From: Lingula anatina
Lineage: Eukaryota; Animalia; Brachiopoda
Reading direction: 5' to 3'
Assembly (NCBI GenBank): GCA_051362555.1
Contig: CM120641.1
Coordinates: 43,468,401-43,532,400 of the forward strand
Length of the DNA: 64,000 bases
Part shown: positions 1 to 29,288 of the stretch, in pieces
Numbering within the stretch: position 1 is the stretch's first letter
Layout of the letters: the number at the start of each line of letters is the position of its first letter
The notes under the pieces: generated by a model
Database searches by the model: none
Told to the model about the DNA's origin: nothing
What the model saw: the letters and a program-made list of their open reading frames with translations, nothing else
Translations under genes and position numbers: made by a program

Positions 1-1539
1 AATTTTTTAATGGAATTCAGATGAGACTTTATGTTGAGAATTTCCCCTTTAAAATGAAATACAGGCCCTTCGTATTTGAACAATAATAATCCTTCAGAAA
101 GTATCACCAATTTTAAAGAAAAGGGTTGAAACACTTAGAAGACTGCTGGTAAAAAGCGTGGATTTTTGTTAATCGTTGGGAAGAAGCTACCCTTTGCCAG
201 GACCACAGGTTGATTTTTCACTAGATATCCACAGGTTTGTCACTGGTTTATTCAAGATACTTTTCTGCACTTAGAGAAAAGTGTACATAATTTATCTGCG
301 TCCTTGGCAGATGGTATGAAAAGGCTGTCTGTCACCAGTGGTGTTTTAATTAATGGACAAATATCGCTAATAGTACTGCGCTTCATAATAGGCTTCGTTA
401 AGAATTGAGGGATTTTTGTATTATCAGCTACAGTACATTTTTATATTACATGTAGAATGAAAATTCGAAGGCCTGGATATATTTTATAACATTTAAGCCA
501 TACGTTTTCTGTAGCCAAGAGAAGAAAACGACCAAGTTTCTGAAGTCCGAACATACATTACAAAATTCATTGCAGAATGGAAAAACTAGTAACAATAAAG
601 CCGTTTTTGAAAACCATACTTATTGATGATAAATAAAAATTAACCTTTGATGAAACGAGACTTTTCAGATACCTTAACAAATATAATATCAAACAAATGG
701 GTCTTTACTTTCTACAAAGCTTTGCTTCTACACTGCTTGAATGCGACGCACTTACACACATAAAACCTAAGCACATTGGAACTTGATGTCAATAATTCTT
801 TCTGTAAAATCCGCAATTTTCCCATTATCAAAGTAAACCCTTTCCAAAAACAGCTATGAAAATTACGATCTGTTCGCCCATTTTTTTCATTTTTTTACCA
901 TTTCACTGAAGTCTCAGCATACACCACGTATGCACTTTAATGAAAGCGACTCAAAAATTAGAAACTTGGAACTCAGCAACCAGTTTATTAATCCTAACTT
1001 TGGTTTAGATATGGCATACATGTGCCTTGTTGACTATTATAAGAAGTAGTGTTGAAACTTCTTAGTCTAACTCTCATTGTATGAATCTTAACATTTATAT
1101 AAATGCACCTCTCATATATTAGATCTAACTTTCATAATTCGGAACTTTATTATTAACTGTTGTGGTAAAACATATCAGAATAACACTTGGGATGTTTATT
1201 TTATCATCGATGAATGTACAAATTACAAGATGTACACAACTATTGGTGTACTCTATTTAAAGGACTACATGGTACAAAAGTGCACTGGTACACGTATGTA
1301 TGTATAAGCAAAGAATAAATTAACACATGAATTAAGAACATTTTCAACATACCATCATTAAAAGCGAATAAAGGCAATTGGTATTAAACATGTACTTTCA
1401 ATCCGAAAATCTTAATTCTCGTTTGTTCCTTTCACATAAATTAAGAGATACAACTGCAATGTTTTTCATTTGTCATTTGTTCTCACTTCCTAAACTCCTA
1501 AACACTTGCTACCTCTTAATTCAAAAGCACAGTGATCAA

Positions 1540-1602
1540 ACAGACAGCCTGAAAGACAGGCCAGACGGGCAGACAGAAAGACAGACAGGCAGACAGACAG
1601 GC
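1540..1602. repeat. Imperfect (CAGA/CAGG)n microsatellite
   Basis: Read directly from the sequence. Confidence 0.8.
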
Positions 1603-3466
1603 AATACCCTGTAACAACAAGAAATATACATAATAACAGCAGCACCTTTAAGTATAAAAAGTCAAACTTAACTGAACTGCAATCTAGAGGAATTTATCAA
1701 ATTAACCTTTTGTTTAGTGTCCCACATTTAAAAGGGGCAATTTAAATGAAGTGCTACACCTTCACAACTGTACGAATAATACTGATGTAAAAATTTACTT
1801 GACAGTTCACATTTTACAAAGATACTGAAACTTTGCATCACTTAAATGATCTCCTTTTGCTACTGTAATCACTAAATTTATAGCATCTCTCTATATCCTG
1901 TTACATCTAAGTACTTACGTCCAAAGTGTCATTTTCTAAAACCCAATCCACAAATGATCATGTTTGCATATCTTATACATGCACTAGTCTTCTGTCTAGG
2001 AAATATTCTTAGAAGTTTGCATAACCATACTGTCATCAGATGACGGACAAGTTTTGAATTACAGACTGCTCGTGACATAACAAGTCTTTTTAAATAACAT
2101 GTTGTAAAGCTAAGCTAGGCTCCAACATAACTGCTTAATTTTAACTGTTTCTTGTTTGCTGGACACTGACAGCTTGCCCCTGGTGTACTAACTTTCATAA
2201 TTTGGAACCTGCCTTTGCTTACTCCGTCTTCTGTATTTCTTGGAATTTTTCAACTAACACATTGAGGTCTTGAACATAGAAAATACTCCATGTCGCAAAG
2301 TTGGTCTTAGCATTGAAATGGCAAAGAAAACTTATGCAAAAGTATCATTTATTACATGTATATGTTATGGCTGAAGCCTTGTAGGCCTTATTTTTGTGTG
2401 TGACAACTTGCTTTTCACCATAACATTTCAGTGACAATCCTAATTTGCAATAAACACATTTTCAAAAAACCTCTTCCTGCTATGCAGCTTCATTTTTAAT
2501 GATTCTCTGCAATTTTTAACATCAATAAATTTTTTACAAATTATTTCAAGTAAACAAACCTAAGAACCAATATGGCAAATGGACATAAAAAACTGTGAGA
2601 ATATGTGCGCTAACCACAAATGGATTATTGTTGCAGGCTTCCCCACAGTGGCCTGACCACACTCTGTCTAACCTATTAAAACAGATTACAACAAGACAAC
2701 AGGGGAATGTTAAGGTACATGTACTATGACTCAAAGGCGATATACATGTACTTCTTTCCAAACCCCATTATATTGGAACCTAGAGCTAAGGCATGATGAC
2801 CTGTGGAAGGAATAAATATTAAAGCAGCATGTGTACTAAGCTTCATTATTGTTACAGTATTGCAGACTAAAATAGAATGAAGCCAATATCAAGCAGATGA
2901 TGGATAGCCTTAATAAATGGATTCAAACAAACAAAGAGCTGCCTTAATAAATTGATTCAAACAAACAAGCAGCCAACAGTCTACAACATGACCTTTTTAT
3001 TTTCATTGATGGATGACTGCTTTCAAAACAACCTCTGAATCTTGCTCCTTTTCCCCTTTCTCGTGAGCTTGATTCCATACATGAGCTCAAGCTAAACTGA
3101 GCGCAATGGGTTATTCTGAACACACAGAGCAGCACTCTTACTGTGTACACACTTCCGTAATACGAAAGTAATTATGTCATCTACGCACAGCATGTTTCCA
3201 TCACCAGCTTCCAAAACAGCATGTATCAAAGATTAATGCTTTTAAAGCATAATTATGGGGATGTCTTCATTCTGTCGCCTAAATCCTCAAACACGATACA
3301 AAAGCATTATGGCACCTGTGATTCCATGACCATGACTCCATATCCAGTGTCCAATACTTTTTTTACCCAAAGAAAAAAGTTACTCTCAGAACAACAAGGC
3401 TGTCATCCAATGTGAAACTCACAAGGCAAATTCAGCACTGTTCAACAGAGTTATTGCAGTGGGCTG

Positions 3467-19020
<15,554 letters not shown>

Positions 19021-20199
19021 GTTATCATTATTGACGACCTTTACCTTGTACACCTATCCTCGCTAAAGCCTCGTTCGAGATCCTTTAAGGTAAAAAGATC
19101 TGCACGAGAGCATGTGCCAACGGAGGGTGTAGTGTTGGAGTAGTGTTGCCACTGATTTGGTGCCGCAAATTTAACTACCTGTTGCGATTCATTGTCATCT
19201 AATAAGAACGATCAAGTCTTCACGGCCTATTGCGCGATTAAAGGAATACTTGCCGAGCATTTGATTAAAATAAATATAATCCTTTTGCCACATACGGTCT
19301 CATACAGCCCTAGCGTTGTAAAACGTACGGCAGTAGTCTCAGACCGCCGTGCGGAAGCCCAAAGTAGCCGCGAAAAAAACCATCTCCAGATAATCGTTTA
19401 TCTCATTTATTATTTTTTTTGAGCATTTGAATGTCACCTTTATTACTTTATTAATATCACATAAGCCTGCCAGTCATAAAGGTGACAATCAAATGCTTTT
19501 ATGAAAAATATTTTAAAAGACAGCAACCGTCAAACTCAGCTATACATCGTCTGCTAATCGTCGTCATCCAAGTAAATGATATTTTGTACATGTATAAGTC
19601 TTATTATTTGAGCGAAAATGTTTTTTTTTAAATTACCAAAGAAGATATTTTCACGGCGGTTGCATGAACGACGCTCTGAAAATACAGAAAATCGCTACTA
19701 CAGGGTAGGCCTATATATGCCCCTACCCGTAACTTGCTTCATATATACTTCACCATTTCGACCAGATCACATAGGCCCCTATAATATACAGGTACGTGTC
19801 GTCTTAAGAAACTTAGAGCTACGCAATATTCGACTAGGTCATTGTTGAACGTGGACACCAAGGGGAGTATTAATAGACTGTTGACGTGGTATCCATGCCT
19901 ACACATTTTCTCCAATACCAGCGTTTTTCGCTTATGTGATAGGCCAACGATATTGGCTGAGAATTCAGTTGCTGTTGTTATTGCTACACATCAGTCTTCT
20001 TTAGTAAGAATAATCGCATTCATACTCACTTTGCTTTACTAACTGATACATAAAGCATGGCAGACAGCATAGATCAGATAGATCGAATTGTTCTGCAAAA
20101 GATTGATAGTGTTTCTATTGAAGAGACAACTGCCAGATATGAAGATCCCTATTTTATTTTATTTCACTTTATTCTAATTTTTACATTTTAAATCACGTA
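19021..20199. promoter_or_regulatory. Divergent intergenic/promoter region between HIF1AN and the opsin
   Basis: The two start codons point away from each other, 1179 bp apart; the region is locally CpG-richer than the flanking introns. Transcription start sites were not determined. Confidence 0.55.
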
Positions 20200-22214
20200 A
20201 TGGCAGTGACAAACACATCACTTAACCTGTCTCAAGGGAATTCCTACTTAGAGGATGAGGACTTCGACTCAAAGCTTTCCCCGGAGGTGGATCTGATCAT
20301 TGGTGTGATACTCGTTGTGATCGGTAAGTTGGCGGTTTGATGGCTGGGTTTGATCTACAATCCTCGGACGGGTTTGTATACGTTTCAAACTGGGCACAAA
20401 AGTAAGCACTTGTCTAGAATTGAAAATTATTTTATGATTTATGATTCAGTTGAGCGAATCGGAAGTCACCTGATTGAACGTGATTGCAGTACTACTATAT
20501 CGGCCAACTACCTACATGTTTATATATCGCTTTTTATGGTATGGGTCTTTATGGGTCTTCACGGATGTATAGATAATTGGTTTGTGGACAGAGAGCAGGG
20601 GTAGATCCAGGATTTTTCTAGATGTGGGTTTGTTTTTATTGACCCCGCCCCCCCCTTAAAAAAAGAAAGAATGAAAAAAATCATTTTTGAAAATTAAATA
20701 CGTGAGCGGAATGAATCAATTAAGCATACATTTATGTATTTAGAAATAATAAAGTCGTTAAATTAACGATGCAAAACAGAAATATTTTTGTAATGTAAGA
20801 TTTTTGCTCCTTTACTTTGTCGCATAGGCCTACTCGATTGACTGGCCACATCACACGCCATAATCTGGTAGGGTGGTGTCGATAAAGGAACTTTTACAAG
20901 ACAGTCAAAATGAAAGATGATAGTAAGTCGATGGCATTTAACGTCACAGGGCCCATTCTGGACACTTTTTCTAGAGACCATTCTCACAGATATTTAAATC
21001 GATCTATCCCCTTGGGGAGTCTCACTAAATTGCTGTGAATTTGGCCGGCTTAAATGTCTGTCATGCCTAGTAAAGCTGTTAGGGGGTAATTTTCTTCACC
21101 CCTAGCTGATTTTGGTAGGCGAGACAGACATGTTGAGCTGATAGCAATTTAGCGTGAACCCCCAGATGGATCGATCTAAATGTATGGGAATGCAGTCTTA
21201 GCATGGTTAACAGAGAATTGGTGATTAAACGTGAAATTTAGTTTACTACAAAATAGCATGTTATGTTTAAGTTGGTGTACTTGAAACCATATCGCTCTAT
21301 CCGTCTTGGAAACGTTTATTTCAATCGTTATTTTCTCAATGCTCTGACAGCCCAATAAGAGAGATATCTCTGTTGGCCTTAGTACTGGTATACATGTATG
21401 TACCTAAGTGGTTAGGTAGATATTATGTTTAAAGTTAAAAGTAGTATACAGATTTTTAACAGAATAAGAAGTAGCTAAGGCATAAAAGGTTTACAAATGT
21501 GTCAAGCAGAGTTATAAATAATTACCATGAATAAAATAGCGTTAAGCTACAATTGACTTTAAAGTCATTTCAACAGCTTCACTAAACAGAAAAAAAACTA
21601 GGGGAGAGACAGGGTTGGGTTTGAGTAAAGTTTTCAAAAAATCACTTTCAAAAATTTCTATTTCTGAACACTATACTTCTGAATGGATCGAATTTTTCTG
21701 AACAACTGAGAAAGAACACTCTTTGCTTTCAGTGAAGCTGTACTCATATGCTTCTGATTGGCTGAGCATAATGAGGCCAAGTAGTATTGTCCAATCAGGT
21801 TGCAATAATATCTCTTTATCTTTTCTGCCACTTGGTGTTAATTAATACAAAGAGGAGGCATCCTGTCTATAATAAAGGAAAAAAATCTAGAGCTTATCTT
21901 TATATGATCCCAGCTCTGTCTCCGTCTCTTACAGCCCACTGACACTCTTTTCTCACGCAAATTCTTTTATTGTGGTCAATAAATTACATTTATGTGTGCA
22001 TTAATTGAGAGGAGTCTCTTAGACTATCTGGAACTAGTTTATTATCAACATTCGGTTTTATAGCACAACAGAATCATCTACTTGTAGGTTGAAAATGTAT
22101 TTTTATTGACATTCGTACTTTGATTATTACTCTAAGTACGAATTAAAAATAATGACAGTTAAATATACATCTGTTAATAATAATAATAATAATATTAATT
22201 ATTTACATATGTAT

Positions 22215-22251
<37 letters not shown>

Positions 22252-25200
22252 TTTATTGAGTACTGAAAGTGTACATGGCTTAACATTTGCTGGTTCACTA
22301 ATCTACGAAGAGTAGTATACCTACGTATGTATACAATAAGGATAATAATGAATAATATAACATGACATACCGTATCGATACCAATCAGCATGTCTTCCCA
22401 GTATACAATTGTTACGTTACTTAACACAATTAAGTAATACACTTGTGACATTGTAATACACTTCCAAGGCTGCTGTGACTTGTACAAGGCTCATTTTCTA
22501 CTTTGGCATAGTTGTATAAATGAACTTTGCAGCAGCCAGCGCGCTTGCAACACATTGTGGATTTAGGATATTAGATATTTTGATTTCATTGGTGTCTGAT
22601 ACCACCATGATAGACCTTGCAATCCACGCCAAGAATGAAACATTCATTTACGATCATTTTTATGTTTCTTATAGTAGGAGATAATGTTTCTCATCCCCAA
22701 TAATTGATTTGCAATGGGGCAATATCTTTCTTCCATTGATATTTTGGGAGCGATATGTCTTCCCCTTTCAATTTGTAGATTATGGTCACTAAAGCCCCCT
22801 TTGCAATGATTATTATCGATAGACTACACAGATGTATTTTCATCAGATAATATCAAATGATATATGAAATGTTTAATTTTGAAATTTTTATGCATAATAA
22901 AAATGTTCATCAGTACTTCTTTTTGGCCCTTGATGAAATTATATTCTATGTATAGGCCTATACATTGCATTCTTCGCGTGAAAATTTACCACAAGTGATT
23001 TCTATCAAAGATACAGAGTGACTCAGTCTTTTATAAGCTTAGTTATGTGCTATTATGACTAGAATTCAAAACATGCTGCCATGTGTAATTACATTAAAGA
23101 CACCATAAAATGACGAATTATGCATACGCAAATACGGGATTTACTCATCCCAAATAATAGCCTCGAAACATAGCGGTGATATCGCTACTAGCGCTTGGTC
23201 GCAAATTGCGATGCTTTCGAGTTAGGCAATAGCGACGAGAAGTCTTTTTAAGAGTGTATCGTTGTATTCTTCCTTTTTGTTTTTGATTAGTTTTTTTTTA
23301 TACAGGGTTACCACTTAATATGGAATATTATTTTTTATCGAGAAAATGTTCTACAAAATATTTAATTTCTTTCCAACTATTTTAAATCCAAAACTGAGGT
23401 GTCACTTTATGTGTAGCCAGGTGTGTTACCTAATTACCATGCAACTTTCGAAACAATTAATGTAAGCAGTTGCATGTTCTGTGGTCAGAAATGTGAGGGG
23501 TGGTCTTTTCGGCAATTTCTGCCCTTGTATAAAAGCGCATGGGTTTGGTCAATCTTTGGAGTGTATTTAGAGAAGCAACAAAGTGATCGCTCTGAAACTT
23601 GTCAGTTACCTTAGAGAAGATATGGTTCGACAGCTAAGCAACGCAGCTTACTATGGGATTCTTGCTCTCAGAGAAAATGGCTAGAAACGGACAGCCATTG
23701 CCAGACAATTCAACATTTTTCAGGAACCGTTAATAAAGTCCTCCAAACAAATGCTACAACAGGGACACCTACCCCAATATTTCCATCAGGGTGTCCGCGT
23801 ACCACACCAAGAAGACAGGATCGCCTTCTCCTTAGAGTGCGCCGTGCTGGTCGTACAAAGACAACCAGTGTCCTCAAGAAAGAGTGGCAGAATGCCTTTC
23901 AAACGCCCGTTTCAAGGTCCCTTGTGAACAAAAGATTACAGCAAACTGGTTACTTTGCACGAAGACCAGTACGTAAACCACTGTTAACAGCAGGCCATAT
24001 ACAGCTACGTCTGCAATGGGCTGGGGACCACGTGCTTTTGCAGCCAAAACACTGGAATCACGTCGTTTTCAGTGACGAGGTCAGATATGGAATTTTGGGG
24101 GTTTACTGTCGAATCCGTGTCCGCCGACGTGTACAAGAGGCATAAAACGATGATTGTGTACTACTTAGGGTGCAAGCAGGTGGTGGTAACGTCTCTGTTT
24201 GGGGAGCATTCCATGCCGGTGCCCAGAACCAGTTGGTTTTTCTGGTAGGCAACCTCAACCAGGGTTCCTACAGAGACATTCTACAGCAAACAATGCTTCG
24301 ATTTGTAAGAGTCATCTTTAGGAACAGCTTTGTGTACCAAGACGACTCTGCAACCCCACATCGAGCTCGCAGAATCACTGTTTTTCTTCAAAAGCAGTGG
24401 GTTCAGCAACTGCCCTGGCCTGCAAACTCCCCAGTAATGAACCCAATTGAAAATCTGTGGGTGGAAGTAACTTAGAGAATTAATAGCTATGGTCATCGGC
24501 CGGTATATAGTGATGAAATGCGACAGGTAAATATCACTGCGTGGAATGATATCCGCATCCAAACTCTAAAAAACTTGTCACAGGGTATGGCATGTAGGAT
24601 GAGGGCGCTGCAAGCGGCTGCTGGAGGTCATACCCGCTATTGATGACTTTTCATGATTTACTGTAATGATTTCTTTGACTGTGTAACATATCACTGTCCG
24701 GAGGCTATCATTTTCTTTAATATCTTAGCTTAAAGTTAATACTGACATCAAACTGTTGATATGGTTTTCTGGGGGTGTTCTTTTCTTTTGAATGACATCT
24801 TATGTCAGATTTGATATTATTGACCAAAATATCTCACAATGGAAGACTGGATATTTTTCTCACTCAATGATATACTTTTTTGATGAATCAAGCCAAAAAA
24901 TATTTAATCAGCATTCAAAAATAACAATGATAAAAAATATTCCATATTAAGTAGCAACCCTGTATATCTTTATGGCTATATGGTTAGTATGTGAAATAAA
25001 GTTTTTTTGCGGGTAACTTTTGTAATAGTTTTCCCAGGTGTTTTATATTGCGTCCGATTTCTGTACAGGTCCAGTTAAACCATAGCCGTTTCTTTGCTCT
25101 AGCAAGGAGCTGTTATAACTCCTTGGTTCTAGTTGACTTTGTTTTTTCATCTCCTTGAGTCGCTTATATGGTACTAGTGGGGCGTTCGCAGCATTTTCAA

Positions 25201-28200
25201 GGATGTCTGATATTGCCTTACACGCATAATTTACTTCTTCTTTGGTAGTTGGAAAATTAGTGTGCAACAGTCTACTAATGACTGAAATGCTTTCATCTTT
25301 TTCAAGTGCTGCAAGAAATTTTTCAGTGGAGTCTTTTTCCAAAATATAGCCTACTGATCACTTAATTTGTGAATGTGCGTAGCAGTTTTCTCTTTCGTGA
25401 TTCCTGCACCTTGGATTGTAAGGTGTATCAGACCAGGGTATTATATCGTTAACTCTACGATATAATTCCCTGATCAGACAATTATCAGAAATGTAATCTA
25501 TTGGATGAACTGTGCAATATTTGACTTTGTTGAGGAGATTATCACTAACCATATATCACGTAGTCTACATCGATGTCTATTGTAGCAGGTAAAATAACCA
25601 AGTGAGTTGCCAAGTGACCTCCTTTTAACTATGTTTAGGCTGCTACCGACACACAGTTCAACGAGATTTCTTCCTTGCATAAACCACAGTGTCAAGATTA
25701 TTTCTCTTTCTTGGTGTAAGGTAAGATTCACAGTCATCAGGTGATCATATATGGTAATTCATTTCCGAGTTTAAGGATGTAATTAAGGTTTCAGCAAAGA
25801 TGGAGGGAAAATTTTGAAAAAAAATCATTTTTTTAAAATCTGGTAATCTGAAGTGACCGTTGACTCTGAAAAAATTATAAGTTTCAAATAGCGTTCCGAG
25901 ACAGGCGAAATTGATGTCGAAAGACAAGTGCGCGACTTTAAACATTTTCAAGTGGCCTCAGTGCATGTGGTCCACTGATTATTTTGGGGCTGTAAGAGCG
26001 TCAGAAATAAACCGTTTTGCCGCTGCATACTGTGGTATACCTGTGAAAGTGGGAAAACAACTTGATCGATAGCTACGAGAGACAATAGCAAAAGATGTGC
26101 TTCTGTGACCAGTGAGATGATTAAATTATAAACTACGCAGGTTTATAACATGGTCTGCCTTTGCGTCACGGGCTGCCTTTGTACGTAAGTTCCATTATTG
26201 AAATGAATGTAGGTCAGGGCATGGCATAACAATCATGCAGTCACTGTTTATAAACTGACATTTTAGCCGAAAACATTTTTATGTCGAAGTAAGCCTAATG
26301 AAGGGGAATAGGAAAAAGACAAAGGTAAAGCCCCCTGTTACGTTGGGCTTGGAGAACGTTTTTTTTTTTTTTTTTTTTTTTTTTGCCTACTTGGAGTTTG
26401 ACAATATTTGATGGTCGAAATCAAATTTATTTTATAAGTGTTATCGACCCTTAAAAATTGCAGCGTTTTCTTTAGTTAAATATTTCAATCGATTTTTGTG
26501 AAAGCGGGACGAATTTGCTCCCCAAATGGACGCAAGTTCGGTGTGTCAGTGGTTTTAAATCGTTCCATTATTGAGCAGCTTCTTAGAGACCAGATAATTG
26601 AAAAACCGACTCACCCCCTTTATAGGTTATAAAACTATACCTGCACTTCACCTTGGAGTTACGTACTTCCGATCAGCTGAAGGAGTGCATTAAAAAGCTA
26701 GAAAACTAGTTCACACGCTTTTAAAGTATACTATCCGTGTTAAAAATGCACTGTTTCTATATCTACATTTCCTGCAAAGATAATAATTTTTTTCACTACA
26801 TACTTTTTTTAAGCTTAAAAAACGATAACAATTCTCTAATAAAATACTTAATGTCGATGTTTCCTTCTGAAAAATTCAGGAAGACATGGCGGTCAGTCAT
26901 TTAGACCCTTTACCAGGATGACAGAGTGATTTTTCACAATTTATTTTTATTTACATTGAGTCCAAATGCAAGGACGGGTCGAGCAATGGTATGTAAAATC
27001 GCTTTAAAAAAAAAGAAAATTCGATTCGACGGGAAAGTCAGGGATTGGACATCTTTAAAGAGGCATTTACCTGAAAAAGTATATATACTGTATATAACCA
27101 TCAAACACATTGCTTTTGTTTCAGAGATTCTGGCTGTTGCTTTGAATTTGTTGGTTATTGTGGTAGGAGTATGGAAGAGGAATTACTTGATCTCTCATGA
27201 TTACATGATCATCGCCTTGTCCTCAATCGACTTGTCCGGTCCCATCCTTGGCTACCCGTTAGCCATATATTCCAGCTTCACACATCGTTGGCAGTTTGAA
27301 ACCTCAGGTAAGTGAAATGGACAGAAAGAGTTTAACGAACTTATGATCTAAGACCTAAGACCTAAGACCTAATTTTGATTCGAAATTTTATCCAGGTTTT
27401 AATGTCAAAATATCCGCCAAAATTTGAAATACAATCTTATAGTATCAGATTTTCAGAATGTCTGCAAATGTATACAAAATTAGCATTAGAATGTGCGCTT
27501 TGCAATAATCTCCTCCTGCAGGCGGCGCTACATGCTTACAACAAGGATAGCAAGTCTTGTATTGTGGGATATCAAAACGGCTGTAAATGTTATGCAACGA
27601 TACTTTAACAGAAATAAATGTTTTTGGAGGTGTGCCAGCCAACTTGATCAAAAGTATATATGATTTATTCTGATCATAATATCTGCACGTATATTTCTAC
27701 ATTTCAGGTTGTGTATATTATGCCTTTATCGTGTTCTTTTGTGGCTTGAGCAGCATCGGACTTCTGGTCTCTCTCAGCGTATTTCGATACATCAAAGTGT
27801 GCCTTGTCACTTCACCAGGTAAATTCCCAGGGTACAGGTCCGAAAAGCCTTAGTCCTTAAGTGAAACCAGCCCCGTTCGCAAAAGAACTTGAAGGACTGA
27901 GAACTCTTCCTATTAGATTCAAAATTCCACAAAATACATTGTAAGTTGTAACCAACACATTAAATTTAATAAATTGCATTTTTCCAACAAAACGGCATTT
28001 AATTGTAATATCCAGATATGGTGAGATAATGGACCGTCATTGATTTGACAAATATAAATTTGACATTTTGAAATAATTATAATATAATTTCTAGGTTTCA
28101 AGTTTAGTACCGGCCAAGTATTCTTTGCGATTGGATTCACCTTTCTCTACTCTATACTGTGGAGCGCGTTGCCACTTGTTGGGTTTGGAAAATATGGCCC

Positions 28201-29288
28201 GGAACTCCACGGGACATCATGCTCAGTGGACTGGTTGAGTCGCTCCAATCATATGGTGTCTTACACCATATGCCTAGCCATCTTCACCTTTGGACTGCCA
28301 GTAGCCTTAATTTTTTACTGTTACATCAATATCGTTCTCACCACGATGAAAACAAGGCGCAATGCAGATAATCCATTGCCCACACTTGCGGACTCGCACT
28401 TGACTAAGGTAAAGAAACACTCACGCCTCTCTCTCTCTCACTCGATGAAATACAATTTTTCCTTAATATTTGCAAAACCTCTACGCTTATTTATTTCAGT
28501 TAATCGATAATCAAATTTATAATTTATTACAAAATGTTAGCAATCAAACACCCTCACTCCCTTACGAAAGTTTTCGAGTTACTCACCTATTAAGGAGTTG
28601 TTAGTAAAATAAACATCGATCTTTCCTCAGAACTTCTCAGAAAAAAAAATAGAGATATATTTCCAGGTTGTCGTGTTAATGTGTACAGGATTTCTGATTG
28701 CCTGGACGCCTTATGCAGTGGTTAGCTTCTGGGCAGTGTTTGGGGACGCCTTGTCCATTCCGTACATTGTCAGTGCCCTGCCTGCTCTGCTGGCCAAGTC
28801 CAGCCATGCGTACAACCCCATCATTTACTGCGCCATGAACAGGAAGTTTCAACGAATGCTGTTTGAAAACTGGAACGCTAGAAGAGCATCCAGGCAGCAG
28901 GTAGGTACCCTGAATCTCAGAGCTCAGAGCAACTGTATGTCTCTTTCACGGAGGGTTTTCCGAAACAGCGTACTTTGCTAGCGCACATTGGTCTCAGTGA
29001 TTCCAGTTCTACATAACACTCTCCCGTCATGTATTTCAGACCTTCGCTAATCAGACCCAAGGACCAAGAATCGTCCCCCTTTGTGCAGAGACTTCAACGG
29101 TCATGCACGCCATATCACAACAGGGAGAAACCTCAGCTTGGGATGGAGAACTACGCACACTCAGGCCCGTCAGTAGTCCCATCAGATTGCCAGGTGGACC
29201 TAACAACGCCATCGAGCTGCAACAATATGCATGGGAAAAACCGGTGCAGCCAAAGATGATCCCTCGTTCTGCAACTGTTTCATTGTAA
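20200..29288 (+). CDS. OPN5: Neuropsin (Opn5-like) opsin; 6 coding exons, about 404 aa
   Basis: Exons 20200-20323, 27125-27307, 27708-27818, 28095-28408, 28667-28900, 29040-29288; all GT-AG with consistent phases. Opn5-like segments: DFDSKLSPEVDLIIG, FTHRWQF, PLVGFGKYGPELHGTSCSVDW, LTKVVVLMCTGFLIAWTPYAVVSFW, retinal Lys in LLAKSSHAYNPIIY. The last exon is less certain and the subfamily call needs a tree. Confidence 0.88.
20974..21197. mobile_element. MITE family 1 copy in opsin intron 1
   Basis: Homologous to 3898-4110 and 17803-18149. Confidence 0.7.
22175..22252. repeat. (AAT)n microsatellites
   Basis: Two AAT runs. Confidence 0.9.
23303..24962 (+). mobile_element. Tc1/mariner (DD34E) DNA transposon, full length but decayed, in opsin intron 1
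   Basis: About 35-bp TIRs (CAGGGTTACCACTTAATATGGAATATT... / ...AATATTCCATATTAAGTAGCAACCCTG) with TA on both sides; encloses a transposase remnant. Confidence 0.93.
23622..24643 (+). pseudogene. Tc1 transposase pseudogene
   Basis: RRPVRKPLLT, WNHVVFSDE, GGGNVSVWG, YQDDSATPH, WPANSPVMNPIENLW (34 aa between D and E), GGHTRY*. In-frame stops at 24143 and 24473. Confidence 0.9.
25020..25745 (-). mobile_element. Degenerate non-LTR retrotransposon (LINE) ORF2 fragment: C-terminal APE endonuclease region and linker
   Basis: Frameshifted pieces GRNLVELC..SLNIV..GNSLGYFTCYN, VSDNLLNKVKYCTVHPIDYISDNCLI, EVNYACKAISDILENAA; typical of the LINE endonuclease end (SDH-like motif). Confidence 0.7.

Noticed and set aside
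1-3466. Possible additional gene downstream of HIF1AN
   Set aside because: No convincing ORF or splice pattern; probably the HIF1AN 3' UTR (several minus-strand AATAAA, e.g. near 984-989 and 1146-1151) and intergenic DNA.
19021-19053. ORF-track start MYKVKVVNNDN for HIF1AN
   Set aside because: That start is a GTG codon; the first ATG is at 19020 in good context (AACATGG).
23303-24962. Active or domesticated Tc1 transposase
   Set aside because: Multiple in-frame stops, a frameshifted N-terminus and mismatched TIRs.
29029-29259. 76-aa ORF as the last opsin exon
   Set aside because: The phase-0 donor at 28900 and acceptor at 29039 select the frame ending at 29288 instead.
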